A DNA stretch of 5,787 nt, the filler included, from an uncultured virus (IMG/VR IMGVR_UViG_2061766007_000587) (Duplodnaviria > Heunggongvirae > Uroviricota > Caudoviricetes). It is 3 parts of one record of this genome, joined end to end, with 100 filler letters (N's around TTAATTAATTAA, not from the genome) between each part and the next. Parts side by side here need not be neighbours in the genome. Positions count along the whole stretch, not along the records: positions 4,478 to 5,787 come from IMGVR_UViG_2061766007_000587; 2 more parts are not named here. One strand, 5' to 3'. This document shows, one piece after another, positions 5,383 to 5,787 of the stretch. Within the stretch, counting starts at the first letter, position 1. The number at the start of each line of letters is the position of its first letter. The notes beneath the pieces are model-generated. The model saw nothing but the letters and a program-made list of their open reading frames with translations. It was not told where the DNA came from and did no database searches. The position numbers and the translations under genes were made by a program.

Positions 5383-5582
5383 ATGATTTTGCCAGCACTT
5401 TATCAGAACAGTAAAACACCACCGGCACATGATTCAAACAAGATTACATTCAATGTTGATGTTGCACACAAGGGTGCAATCAGTGTCACCGGCAACATAA
5501 CAACATCGGGTAAAGTAACCGCCACTGGCGAGGTCGAGGGTAAAGGTAAAAAGTTATCAACACATACGCACCAGTTCTCGTA
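5383..5582 (+). CDS. Baseplate spike / baseplate assembly protein V (P2 gpV-like), C-terminal fragment
   Basis: MILPALYQNSKTPPAHDSNKITFNVDVAHKGAISVTGNITTSGKVTATGEVEGKGKKLSTHTHQFS; LP.(I/L)Y....PP motif, V.G/T.G beta-helix repeats and an L..HxH metal-binding tip (5563-5571). Not in the supplied ORF track. Confidence 0.82.
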
Positions 5583-5715
5583 NNNNNNNNNNNNNNNNNN
5601 NNNNNNNNNNNNNNNNNNNNNNNNNNNNNNNNNNNNNNNNNNNNNNNNNNNNNNNNNNNNNNNNNNNNNNNNNNNNNNNNNNNNNNNNNNNNNNNNNNNN
5701 NNNNNNNNNNNNNNT

Positions 5716-5787
5716 TATGGTAGCCGATTATTCAAAAGAATTGATGCACCAATCACAGGCGAACTGATAGCAGAGATTTATGCTGAT
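5716..5787 (+). CDS. Baseplate wedge protein gpW/gp25 family, internal fragment
   Basis: YGSRLFKRIDAPITGELIAEIYAD matches the gpW/gp25 motif (R..)YGS.L...ID.P; lies just downstream of gpV as in P2-like tails. Confidence 0.82.

Noticed and set aside
4556..5437. Long ORFs of 293 and 286 aa on the minus strand
   Set aside because: Consist almost entirely of translated Ns.

Overview
This is a fragmented assembly, not contiguous genome. Three scaffolds (1-1209, 1310-4377, 4478-5787) are joined by artificial 100-bp N44-TTAATTAATTAA-N44 linkers, and short contigs inside them are separated by N gaps. Nearly all readable sequence is the morphogenesis region of a temperate phage/prophage with a lambda-like head (GpA-type terminase, lambda-family portal, S49 head-maturation protease) and a P2-like contractile-tail baseplate (gpV spike, gpW/gp25). 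Portal and protease segments recur as overlapping, slightly diverged copies (at least 3 haplotypes). The key observation is that two alleles of the portal-protease junction are both visible. In the 'empty' allele (3030-3210) the two genes overlap directly. In the 'filled' allele (1524-3019) an AT-rich ~1.1-kb moron-like cassette sits between them. The cassette has a near-consensus sigma70 promoter overlapped by an inverted repeat, an unknown 66-aa ORF, a terminator hairpin, an orphan DUF6088/AbiEi-like antitoxin gene with an extra type II-antitoxin-like C-terminal tail, and a second, near-identical hairpin. It also supplies a recoded, same-length portal C-terminus. A second strong promoter, RBS and ATG at 4564-4628 suggest another moron hidden in the large gap. 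Family calls come from motif recognition by eye, not database searches.
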